Shown: piece after piece, positions 37,301-46,940 of the stretch
Layout of the letters: each line of letters opens with the position of its first letter
Position numbering within the stretch: the stretch's first letter is position 1
Assembly: GCA_000934665.2 (NCBI GenBank)
Contig: KZ538757.1
Location: forward strand, 1-54,503
Direction of reading: 5' to 3'
DNA: 54,503 bases
Source of the DNA: Catajapyx aquilonaris
Taxonomy: Eukaryota
The notes under the pieces: model-generated
Database searches by the model: none
What the model was told of the DNA's origin: nothing
The model's input: only the letters and a program-made list of their open reading frames with translations
Program-made: the position numbers and the translations under genes

Positions 37301-40300
37301 ATTGCGGCTCGTTTTGGGGGGAGGGGAAAGGTTCCCAAGGGGGGGGCATCCACGGTTTATAGTCACTCACGACTCTCTCAGATCACCAGACCTTTTCTCT
37401 GGCCCCAGGCAGCTAAGGGAGTGCAATGCTGCCCCGGCGTGTCGGGTGAAAAGCGGAAAAAGACCCGGCCAAGCAGAGGTGACGGGGACGGGATTTGAAC
37501 CCCGGCCTCCCGCTTGGCTAGTCAGTGGCGTAACCACTAGACTACCACGCCTCCCTTAAAATGGCTGTGTTACATCCAGGGAACTCGATAAAAATATATT
37601 GTCAAAATCAACACTCTCAGGCGAAATGACCGAATTAATTTCCCCAGAATTTCCTCTTATTTCAGTCTCTGTTTTCGTGGCTTTATGGGTACTTATGTGC
37701 CAAGAAATAATGTGTCTCTGATGACCCCAATGTCTAACAGTAATGCAAAATAATATAATGTAGGTATTTGCAAGTTGGAAAAACCACCTATGGCAGCGTT
37801 TGAAAAATTCATCCCTACTCCGACAACCAGTTGTCTGACCAGTTGTCTGAGAATTTATTTTGATGTAATCATATAATATCAAGTGGTCTATTCTTTTAAT
37901 TTCAAATGGGACCGCGTCTGTGGTACTGATGAACTTCCTTGTCTTTCACTGACAGAGATATTTTTTTTACTTACAAGCCAAATTGTAATTTGCTGTTATA
38001 AATTTTTGAATAAACATTTATTAAAATGTTTTTCCCTCTAGTTCAGGGGTGGGCAACCTTTTTTCTCCGTGGGCCGCACAGAGATTTTTAAAAATTTGAC
38101 AGGCCGCATCTAAAAAAAGAAATTTCAACTTATAAAAAGTTTACAATAATTATATATCCATCGTTTTAAATGAACTTCCATTAATTGCATAAATTATCAT
38201 TAAATTCTCTGAAAATCGATAAAATTAGCTAAATATATCAATGAAAATGGCCAGTACAAATAAAAAAACAATGTTTTTGTGGATTTAAAAGAATATAAAA
38301 GGCACAGGCTTAAAATTTTGCAACATCAATTCTTCAAAATTTTCAGAAATTCCGAAATTTTTGCACGGGTCGCACAAATTGTCTTTGCGGGCCGTAGGTT
38401 GCCCACCCCTGCTCTAGTCAGTTCATAACTTCATTGATGTGTCTGTGTCAGTCTGGTCCCCAAAGACTGGTGTGTAGGCAGACAGGACCCTTTTCACACT
38501 GGGTTACATCCAACATACACAGTCATCACGGCGTAGTCCCATGATGAGGTATAGTCAGTGAGCTGCGTTACATGGACAGTTGCGTCGCTTCTATTTCAAT
38601 ACGAATCGGAAAGGTGCCCCTTCGGCAATGTGTTACATGTCTGGCCTCTGAAAGCAGTGGAGTCCCCTTAACCCGGCTTCCCCTCCCGCTGCTGATCCTC
38701 ACCCACTTCGAAAACCAGTAATTTAGGAAATTTTGGAGTTGGAGAAAAGAAGGGCATCAAACCTTTTGGTGCGCAGGTAAATGGTTGTTCAACTGGCTGC
38801 GGCTCAGTTGATGCGCATTTTCACATGTTACATGCCCAAGATGCTGCTCTGTAAGCTGCGCACCTTTCCGAACCGCCTCGAAGCGGCGTCATGTAACGTG
38901 CCTCAGTCATATGACCCAACCATCTCAATCGACCAATACATAAACATGAGAATTCTCTGACAACTGGTCAGTTACCAGATGTGTCTCGTTTTAATTATGT
39001 ACGCCCTGAAGTGGTAAAACAGCTCACAAATACTACCTGTGAAAAGGTTCTGAATGGCGGAAAATTGCACGCCTTGGTTCGTTACTTTTTTTGTGGTTCA
39101 TTACCGAGAGTTTTGTAGCGCTACGATGCAAAGAAAAGCAGATACCGGTACGGCAAGGTGACCAATGGATTTCTCACACTTTTCTTCTCCAGAGCATCTC
39201 TATACAGGGTGGACCAACTTCAAGTGTCGTTTTATAACTGCCATTAATAGAAGCGCTTTACGATTGCCGTAGCAGCGACGTGTAAAATGGCCCACTTCAG
39301 TGCCATCGAAAATATTAGCTGTGTTTCGTTTGCAGGCTTCTCCCTTGCATTACCGGTCCATCTGGTGCCTTGGGCGTCACCCATTTCACCCAGGCGCATC
39401 GCAGGTCATGTGTGCACCTCCTTTTTTCCAGGTCAACCCAGCAGCAGGGTTGATTACATGTGTGCTGCTATTGGCAGCTAATATTTTCGATGGCGCCGAA
39501 GTGAGACATTTTACATGTCGCTGCTACGCCATCGCAAAATCACTGCTATTAATCGCTGTTATAAAACGACACTTGAAGTTGGTCCACCCTGTATTGCCAT
39601 CACAACCACTTAGAATTCGCCGAGTTATTAACAGTGTAACCCGGTGCAGAATTGCGTGTCCTCAAAACTTTGGTTCGTTACCGTGTTTGTTTTCGCTCCT
39701 CTGGCACTATCAAATGATATATTTGTGTCGGATTTGAGGCAAAATGCAGCCCTCTGTACGTGGAACTCGATAGAAAAAAACAGAATCACCAAAGGTTTTC
39801 CACAAGCATGGAAAATCGCAATGAAAGTTTTTTTAAATCGTCCGAACCTTGGTTCGTTACCGCAAAAATGCCCATATATGGTACGGGTACTCTATTAGGA
39901 AAATGTGACTTTTCGATAGCCGTTACATGAATTTTGATTACCAGGCAAATGACAAGTTCGGAAAGGATAATGTAACTTATAAATGTGAAAACCTCGCCTT
40001 ACACCGGCATGCCGGTATAGCCACAAGATCATGCATTTCTAAAAACTGGTCGACCTCAACTACACCGGCATGCCGCTTTATGAGAGGTAATACAACATAC
40101 AGTCGAATCCCTCTATAACGAAGCAGGATATAACGAAAACCCGCTTATAACGAAAGAAAATTTCTGACCGTCAGAGGCCCCATATAAACCTACGTTAAAA
40201 ATATCTGCTTTTACCGAAAAGATTTTTGGTTTCGGTTCGCATATAATGAAAAAATTTCGCTCCTCCAGTCCCACCTCGGCCGATGAAGGGCGGAAGTTGG

Positions 40301-43300
40301 CAAATCAGGCCATAAATCACCATCTGTGTATTTGGGATTCAACCTTTTTTCACAAATTTCGGCCAAAAGTTGATAATTTGGGGTCCTAATGGAAGGGAAA
40401 GGATTCTCTGGGGGGGGGGGGGGGGGGGNNNNNNNNNNNNNNNNNNNNNNNNNNNNNNNNNNNNNNNNNNNNNNNNNNNNNNNNNNNNNNNNCCCCCCCC
40501 CCCCCCCCCCAGGGAAGGAGGTAGGTGGTTGAAACCTGGGAAAATTCATCGGAAATTTGAGCAGCAAAACAAATCATATCTGGAAAGGAATTCCCTGACA
40601 AGGACTTATCATATGCTGCCTAAATGGTGGGATGAGGGCGCGAACGGAAAAGGATAAGGGCCTGGCCTGCATCTGGTGCAGTCCTCTGGTGTTTGCTGTA
40701 ACTTATTGTTGTCGCGTTTGCGCCGTGCTTTGTGAGATAATCTAATTTAGCGCGGAAGAATTTTTTAACTATTTTTCCCGCTACCAGGGCTTAATATAAC
40801 ACCTAAATATCCAAAAAAGTGAGGTTTAAATGCGTTTTTTTTATATAGCGAAATTCGCATATAACGTAAGAAAATTTTGTTCCCTTCAATTTCGTTATAG
40901 TAGTGCAGGTCCTAAGCGTCTTAACCTTGCACTTTGTGATAAGAAGGTGCCACTTGGCACATATGTTCCTTAGGCCTGTAGGAGCAATTCCAGAGTTGCA
41001 GGCAACTGATCGGCCCATTAGGTCACGAGTTATGCGGTGTTGCCAACATGTCCGGGGATGACCTGAGCGTTTTTAACGTTGAATTTTGTGATAAGAAGGT
41101 ACCGCTTGGCACATATGTTCCCTAGGTCTGTAGGAGTCGTTTGAGACATGGCGGAACTTGATCGGCTCCTTAGGTCAGGAGTTATGCGGTGTTGCCAACC
41201 TGGTCCTGGACCTAAGGGTTTTGAACCATTTTTAACTTTGCATTTTGGCAAGCATGCTCCCCAGGCCTAGAGGTTCCATTTGAGAGTTGGTGGCACCTGA
41301 TCTGCCCCTTAGGTCACGAGTTATGCGGTTATGCTTAGGTTCCGGACCAGGTTGGCAACACCGCATAACTCCTGACCTAAGGAGCGGATCAAGTGCCGCC
41401 ATCTCTCAAATGGATCCTATACACTTAGGGAACATGTCTGCCAAGTGGCACCTTCTCATCACAAAGTGCCGAGATAAAACGCTTAGTTCACTGATCAGGT
41501 TGGCAACACCGCATAACTCGTGACCTAAGGGGTCGATCAGTTGCCTGCAACTCTGAAATTGCTCATACAGGCCTAAGGAACATATGTACCAAGTGGCACC
41601 TTATTCTTATCCCAAAATGCAAAGCTAAAAATGGTTCAAAACGCTTAGGTCCAGGACCAGGTTGGCAACACCGCATAACTCCTGACCTAAGGAGCTGATC
41701 AAGTGCCGCCATGTCTCAAACGACTCCTATGTGCCTATGTGCCAAGCGGTACCTTCTTATCACAAAATGCAACGTTAAAAACGGTCAGGTCATCCCCGGC
41801 CATGTTGGCAACACCGCATAACTCGTGACCTAAGGGGCTGATCAGTTGCCTGCAACTCTGGAATTGCTCCTACAGGCCTAAGGAACATATGTGCCAAGTG
41901 GCACCTTCTTATCACAGGTTAGGCCTGATTTTTGCGCTTAGGGCCCGGACTATAGAGGGATTCGACTGTAATTACACTAATCTTGACCTAATACAGGAAA
42001 TGGGCATGCGCACCTGCAAATTATGCCACACCGATGTAGTGCCTCCACAGCAACAACCAGTTCAGCTGCCCACACCCTCACACAGGATTCAGGCAATCGA
42101 GCACATGTGCTGTGACGCAGTTCTCCATCCAGTTGCTCAAAGAGTGTAGATACATTGCAACGCCGCTGCAATAAGCTGAAGCTGTCAGACCGAGGTCGCA
42201 TTGCCTCCTCTTCTTTCTCACAAGACCGTCCCAGACCTGCTGATGAATTCTTGCGACTGCCCAGGCTCTTCGCAGACATTTGTCGTCGCCGCAAAGGCCG
42301 AGATGGTCTCTCACTCTTCCGTTTTACTTCCTCTTTCCTCACAGTTTCAGTTGAAGCAGCCAGAGTCACCTTGTCACTGCACTTAAGCGTTTCATCCACT
42401 TCTTCTAGCAACTGTTGAGCCTTACGTATTAGCTCTGATGTGTCAATGTTTTGCAAATCCTTAAATGACACATTATCCATATCACCAATCCTCTCAGTAC
42501 AGCTATCATCACTGGATTCTGCAAAATCGTCAGGGCTCTCCTCTTTTTCACTCACAGCCAGTGGTAGGGAAGGAACATCACCTGCCCCATCATACTGATT
42601 AATTGAAAAGCGGCACTTAGCCAAACCAATGCAATCGCTGTCAGAAGCACGAGAATATTCATGAAATAGCTCCACATAACTTGGAGGACAGTCAGGAGCA
42701 GCCATGAGGTCCGAATCTGCATTTGGTATGTCAGCTGGAGAATTGAACTTCTTCCCTGAGTAAATGTTCCCAACTGCAGGTGTGGAACATTCTCTGGCAG
42801 GAGATGGTGGTGTTGACTGAAGGTAGGACTCAACAAAATCCCAAAGTCGACCACCCCTACAAAAACAAATATGAAGCTTGTTTTTGGTCACATAATGCAA
42901 GCAATAACCTACCGTGCATGCTGCAGTAGTAAAATTATACTGTAGGTAGTCTCATAATATCTGTGCAATTCTACCACATATGGGATTTTTCCAGGTACAA
43001 CTGAAGGCTTCACCAATTCAGAATGGCGTGGAGCTTTGTACAAAACCTGGGAAACAAAAGGGTTACCAGAAATTCATACCCTCTTTGGTGAAATACAATA
43101 CCTTCAGGACATAAACATTATCTCTGGGCATCCTCGTGTCCATCACTAGCATGAGCTTCCCTATGATCCCAATGACCCTAAAGTACTGCAGGCTAGAAAG
43201 ATCACCTTTCGGAACCTCCACGCATGATCGGCTCATGATATTCTCAACATAAGAGTCATGATCACCAGAAAGTTGCTTGCCATAAATTTCTTCTGCATGG

Positions 43301-46300
43301 GATATATATTTCAGAATCTTGTGCCTCACAAGGTCCTTCTGTTTATTGTCACTTTCACCTAAAAAGAAGTAATTAGAAACAGTCATTTCCAATCTTCAAT
43401 AATAGCTAAGAACTTACTTTGAACTCCATTCATCAGGACACCTATTCCCTTCTTGTAGAAAGTCAAGGCTGCACTGTAATCTGAATTACACTCAAGATCT
43501 TGTGCTTGACTTATGCTCTGAGCTGCCTCAAACAAGTAGTCTGCTACTTGCAGATCACTCCGAGCACCCTGCGCCTCATTCTTCCCAAGCAGAGTGTCAT
43601 TCTGTTCACGTTCAAACCATGTCCTAGCAAACTCATCCAGAAGGTCGTCTGATTCATCATCAGCTTTGTCATCAACAGAGGACCAAGTCGATTCATCGTC
43701 AAAAAACGGATCAAAAAACCTCAAGTCCGAGGCTGGAAGAGGGGTGCTTAACACAGACTCATCAGTGTCAGTAAAAGTCGTATGATCATCATCATCTGAA
43801 CCATCCGAGCTCAATGAAATGGTCTCTGTCTGTTGCAGAAACCGCCAGGTTCCCCCCAACGTTGGCGCCACTGCTTCAGATTCTGGAAGTTTCACAGACG
43901 GGTCCATTGGTCTGCAAGGCTCAATTCGAGTAGAAGGAATGTGCTTCGGAGCAATTGGTGATGGTAACTTATCACTGTGAGTCAGTGATTCCTCAATAGT
44001 ATACCCCACCTGTCAAATTAAAATTGAAATCATGTATATGGGTTAAACTCAAAGTGTATAAACAGCCCCCTCAAGATTCATAAATTCTCACCTCAAAGAA
44101 CTTCTGAAATAAGTGACTAGTGAAGAGTGGTGGGTGCTCTGCCGCAAACTCCAGCAGCTTGAGGGCACATAACCTTCTTTCTTCAATAACCTCTGCTTCA
44201 TATCTGAGTTTAAAAAGAATCACCACAAGAATTTCAATCATATACAGTGTGTTACAATTTATATGTTGGCAGTTGTCAGTGATGTATTGGCACTGCTTTC
44301 TTAGGAACTGCTCCTAATATAGAACTCCAAGATACCTGTCATCAAAATCTGAGAAGTCAGGGACAAAAATTAATGGGAGGTATTTTGAGTCAATTACAGC
44401 AGTTTAGTGCAGTGCCTAGGACTGCACTAATTTACATGACCTTCATTTGCAATTTACAAAGTTGTATACAGTAGCATTTTAGGTGTGTACTAAACCAAGG
44501 AGTTGACTTCAAGTAGGGGGACACCCCCCCCCCCCTTTTGTAATTAATTTTAATACTATCGTCGGGTTTGTGTGCCCCCTTCGGTTAATTATTAAAATTA
44601 ATGTCCTGCTAAGTAACATATAAATGTAGTGGCAACAATTTTTACCATCCCCCACAGGAATCCACAGTTCAAGGTGTAATCATATTTATTTCAGTTGTTA
44701 ACTATCAAATCAACTTAAACTTTGGTGTCCACCTAACTCCATTGTTACGCTTCATTATTATATCTTCTAAAGTCCAGATAATCTTAACGGTGATTTTTAT
44801 CACATTTTGTTTATTACCCCACCACTCCATTTTTTGGAGGTGGGCGAACTACACTGGGGATGAGCAAGTAATCCTGCTCTATGCCATACATTTGACCATC
44901 CTGGTCTCATTTATTTTGTCCTCAACTACTGCAATGTTGGCCACAACCAGCAGCTCCACCTCCCTTCTAAACCTCTTCCCTCAGCATGTGATAACTCTTA
45001 CCCAGCTCAGCCATCCTTCCGCCCAGTATCTGTCACATTATCAAAATTATGAACCTGAACTCAGTGTGCTGGATTCCTCTTGACCTTATCTGAACCATTC
45101 AAACCAAAGTGGTGCTGACATCTTTCTTATGTTTTCCCACCCTCCCCATCCCCAAGTCTGGCAGATGCTTCCTAAATCCATAATTACTAATTGTTTAATA
45201 ACTTAAATGTATTTTTTATACATAAAAACACAATTAATGTGCCCAAAAACCTGGCCCTGCAAATATGACAACACTGCTAGTCTAAAGAGTAGTGCACTAA
45301 TGTGGTGGACTCCTGAGCAGTAACCCAGAATGAGATAAATCAGAGCAGAATTGGGGCCCTAGTAATCTACTAAAGCATGCATGGTTTAATGTACATTTAG
45401 TTCACGCAGAATACCACCCATTATTTCCTGACTGAATTTTGCCTGCATTTGACCTATCTTGCAGAGTATCTTTGGTCGAGATGGTGAGGTGAGACACAAG
45501 TCATAAACTTGCATTTTCTTCACCATCACAGACTGTCCCATCAAGGGAAACGTCATGAAATGATTTCATGTGAACTGACCCAAATTGAGCACTTAAAAAG
45601 CTGAAGTACCTTCCAAAAAATCTTGACTTAGCAAAGGCTGGAAATTTCCCTTTCAAGTGTAGCTTTCCATGAAGGTCCTGCAATTCCTTGTGTAACTTCT
45701 TAAAGTCATTGTAGCGTTTCCACACCACAACCTAGGCAAGAGAAAATAAATATGCAAGTTAAATACAAGTAGAAAAGTTCTTACATCAGTGGCACTTATG
45801 ACTCATAAGTTTCAACACCACAATCATGAGTTTCTGAGTACAGGCTGGTTATCCAGAGAGACTAACATGACAGAGTATGGCACATTTATTTGAAGAAGCC
45901 TATTTTGACGTGTGTGTGTGTGTGCACATGTGTTTTATTTGGATAAATCAGATCTTCTGATAAGCAATGGTTGGGTACGTGGGACTCGATTGTATTTATT
46001 TTCCTCAGTTATCATGGAGAAGATAATGGAATTCAGGTCACAAATCAGCAACACGAGCATGGCGATAAATATTATGCAAACACCTAATTCATGTCCTTAA
46101 CTGTAAGATTCAAGGTGCCTACTTTATGACAAACACCAATTACTGATCCAAATCCACAGGGAATTGGACTTGATTGGACCTAAGTAGTCTTACACTCAAA
46201 CAACTGGCTCACTAACGCTTATGTTTCCCATCTCCAGTCTGACCCCACAATTCATACCACAGAATTAATAAAACGCCTAAATTCTCACCTTGGTAACCGC

Positions 46301-46528
46301 TTCCGGGGAATGTTTCGGGAATACCTGCAACGAGATAATTTGCGGTGATCAATGAATGACATTACAGGACACTTGGCCGCACTTTTCCACACTTCGATCA
46401 AATATGTGCCGCCAACGTAACTCGCTGATACGTACTGTTGATGTAACTTTATATACGGTGAATCCCTTTTTGTGCTCAGTCGGATTAGACACCTGAAAGA
46501 GCCTTATCCATGGGTCCTTCGGCGCCAT
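25888..46528 (-). CDS. RPS6KC1: Ribosomal protein S6 kinase delta-1-like (PX domain, MIT domain, split pseudokinase), 10 coding exons, 869 aa
   Basis: Exons 46436-46528, 46289-46324, 45610-45731, 44092-44203, 43418-44009, 43102-43358, 42913-43046, 42014-42856, 30061-30370 and 25888-25998. All introns are GT-AG with consistent phases, total 2610 nt. PX motifs (GFTVYKV, WKRYNDFKKLH, IEERR), MIT (YKKGIGVLMNGVQ...YISHAEEIY), kinase halves (GGRLW; CRDLKPANLLL; YAAPE; DWWSLGALLFELLTG; IKSHPFF). Confidence 0.93.
27284..29028 (+). mobile_element. Non-autonomous Helitron in the last RPS6KC1 intron
   Basis: A|TC start at 27284, 3' end gcgagcgaagtgag...CTAG|T at 29025-29029, internal units of about 147 bp in tandem and inverted orientation at 27612-28031. 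Confidence 0.65.
30061..30370 (-). CDS. RPS6KC1: RPS6KC1-like exon 9 (kinase C-lobe)
   Basis: DLKPANLLL...YAAPEV...DWWSLGALLFELLTG, ctacag acceptor and gtagga donor. Confidence 0.93.
30700..31366. mobile_element. hAT MITE containing a palindromic Tc1-type MITE (30888-31214)
   Basis: Perfect TSD TGCTAGTT, inner TA-CAGGGTGTTTCAAC...GTTGAAACACCCTG-TA. Confidence 0.9.
31849..32173 (-). mobile_element. tRNA-derived SINE family D; second copy at 37256-37555(-)
   Basis: B box GGTTCAAATCCC, 16-bp TSD AGAACTGTATTACTTT. Confidence 0.88.
32378..32738 (-). mobile_element. SINE family B
   Basis: Homologous to the 11631 copy, TSD CAGTCCCATT. Confidence 0.88.
33008..33729. mobile_element. Mutator (MULE)-type MITE
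   Basis: GGG...CCC TIRs with repeated (T/C)GGCCCCC submotifs and perfect 9-bp TSD GTTGCAACC. Confidence 0.85.
33883..34231 (+). mobile_element. SINE family A flanked by (AAT)n
   Basis: Same head and body as the 14331 copy. Confidence 0.88.
34576..34851. mobile_element. TA-flanked MITE
   Basis: tactatgcctaatggaaaatccggcgctg / cagcgccggatttcccattaggcacagta. Confidence 0.8.
38044..38411. mobile_element. hAT MITE
   Basis: CAGGGGTGGGCAACC TIRs, TSD CTCTAGTT/CTCTAGTC. Confidence 0.88.
39203..39593. mobile_element. Palindromic Tc1/mariner-type MITE
   Basis: TA-CAGGGTGGACCAACTTCAAG...CTTGAAGTTGGTCCACCCTG-TA. Confidence 0.9.
40097..41970. mobile_element. pogo/Tigger-type MITE containing an N gap (40429-40491) and a foldback insertion
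   Basis: TACAGTCGAATCCCTCTATA ... TATAGAGGGATTCGACTGTA. Confidence 0.82.
40901..41952. mobile_element. Foldback-type element built of ~150-bp units, TAGT..ACTA ends, 3-bp TSD; related copy at 49323-49981
   Basis: TSD TAG. Unit anchor gttggcaacaccgcataact on + at about 41351, 41499, 41661 and 41804, and on - at about 41028, 41180 and 41319. Confidence 0.82.
42014..42856 (-). CDS. RPS6KC1: RPS6KC1-like exon 8 (kinase insert)
   Basis: GGRLWDFV...LPESCVRVWAAELVVAVEALHRCGIICR within ORF 41977..42900. Confidence 0.92.
42913..43046 (-). CDS. RPS6KC1: RPS6KC1-like exon 7
   Basis: VLYKAPRHSELVKPSVVPGKIPYVVELHRYYETTYSIILLLQHA, cccag acceptor and gtaggt donor. Confidence 0.88.
43102..43358 (-). CDS. 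RPS6KC1: RPS6KC1-like exon 6 (MIT end, start of kinase N-lobe)
   Basis: KILKYISHAEEIY...FRVIGIIGKLMLV...YVLK. Confidence 0.9.
43418..44009 (-). CDS. RPS6KC1: RPS6KC1-like exon 5 (linker and start of MIT)
   Basis: Lies within ORF 43383..44009, gacag acceptor, gtaagt donor. Confidence 0.9.
44092..44203 (-). CDS. RPS6KC1: RPS6KC1-like exon 4 (PX end)
   Basis: YEAEVIEERRLCALKLLEFAAEHPPLFTSHLFQKFFE, ctcag acceptor and gtgaga donor. Confidence 0.9.
45610..45731 (-). CDS. RPS6KC1: RPS6KC1-like exon 3 (PX core)
   Basis: VVVWKRYNDFKKLHKEL...FPAFAKSRFFG, with AG/GT boundaries. Confidence 0.92.
46289..46324 (-). CDS. RPS6KC1: RPS6KC1-like exon 2 (VFPKHSPEAVTK)
   Basis: ttgcag acceptor, gtgaga donor, 36 nt, phase 0/0. 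Confidence 0.85.
46436..46528 (-). CDS. RPS6KC1: RPS6KC1-like exon 1 (MAPKDPWIRLFQVSNPTEHKKGFTVYKVTST)
   Basis: ATG at 46528, 31 codons, GTACGT donor, start of the PX domain. Confidence 0.88.
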
Positions 46529-46875
46529 GTTTGCCTCCTACAGCAACTAATGGACCGATCTACTGTATTTCACATACTGTCTCTCAGTTTTATGTTAGCT
46601 AGTAACCATTTATTCATACATGATTAATTAAGTGATATTAAAAATTATAGCTAATGATATATTGCAGCTTAGATAAAATTTTGTAAGACGGCAACGCCAT
46701 CCGGCGGCTACAGCGGGAAGGTACGTCATAGTGGGCAGCGAAGGTGGGCAGACCGCGGACCGTGGGCAGAAAAACCACAGAATCAGGAGTGGGCAGAATG
46801 CTGAAATGGTGCGAGTCAGTTGCCAAGGAACCGCCCAGTAAATAGTGATTGTCAGTAGAACAGGACGAGGACGCA
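46529..46875. promoter_or_regulatory. Bidirectional promoter and 5' UTR region shared by RPS6KC1 and ARL2
   Basis: Divergent ATGs 347 bp apart, CpG-containing core, X-box-like motifs at 46594-46606 and 46819-46831. Confidence 0.7.
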
Positions 46876-46940
46876 ATGGGTTTACTCACGATTTTACGCA
46901 AACTAAGGAAGAAGGAAAAGGAAGTCCGAGTGCTGATGTT
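46876..46940 (+). CDS. ARL2: ARL2 exon 1
   Basis: [22 protein letters not shown] followed by a GTATCCTTT donor. Confidence 0.92.

Noticed and set aside
10713..37935. Hammerhead ribozyme cores at CTGATGA hits (about 10713, 37718 and 37926)
   Set aside because: I saw no stem II followed by GAAA. A covariance-model search would be needed to exclude ribozymes fully.
40409..40510. poly-G / N / poly-C as a G-quadruplex or hairpin
   Set aside because: It spans an assembly gap and the homopolymer ends are unreliable.
43063..46528. SNX15 assignment for the PX+MIT exons
   Set aside because: The exons splice in frame into a split kinase domain, which indicates RPS6KC1.
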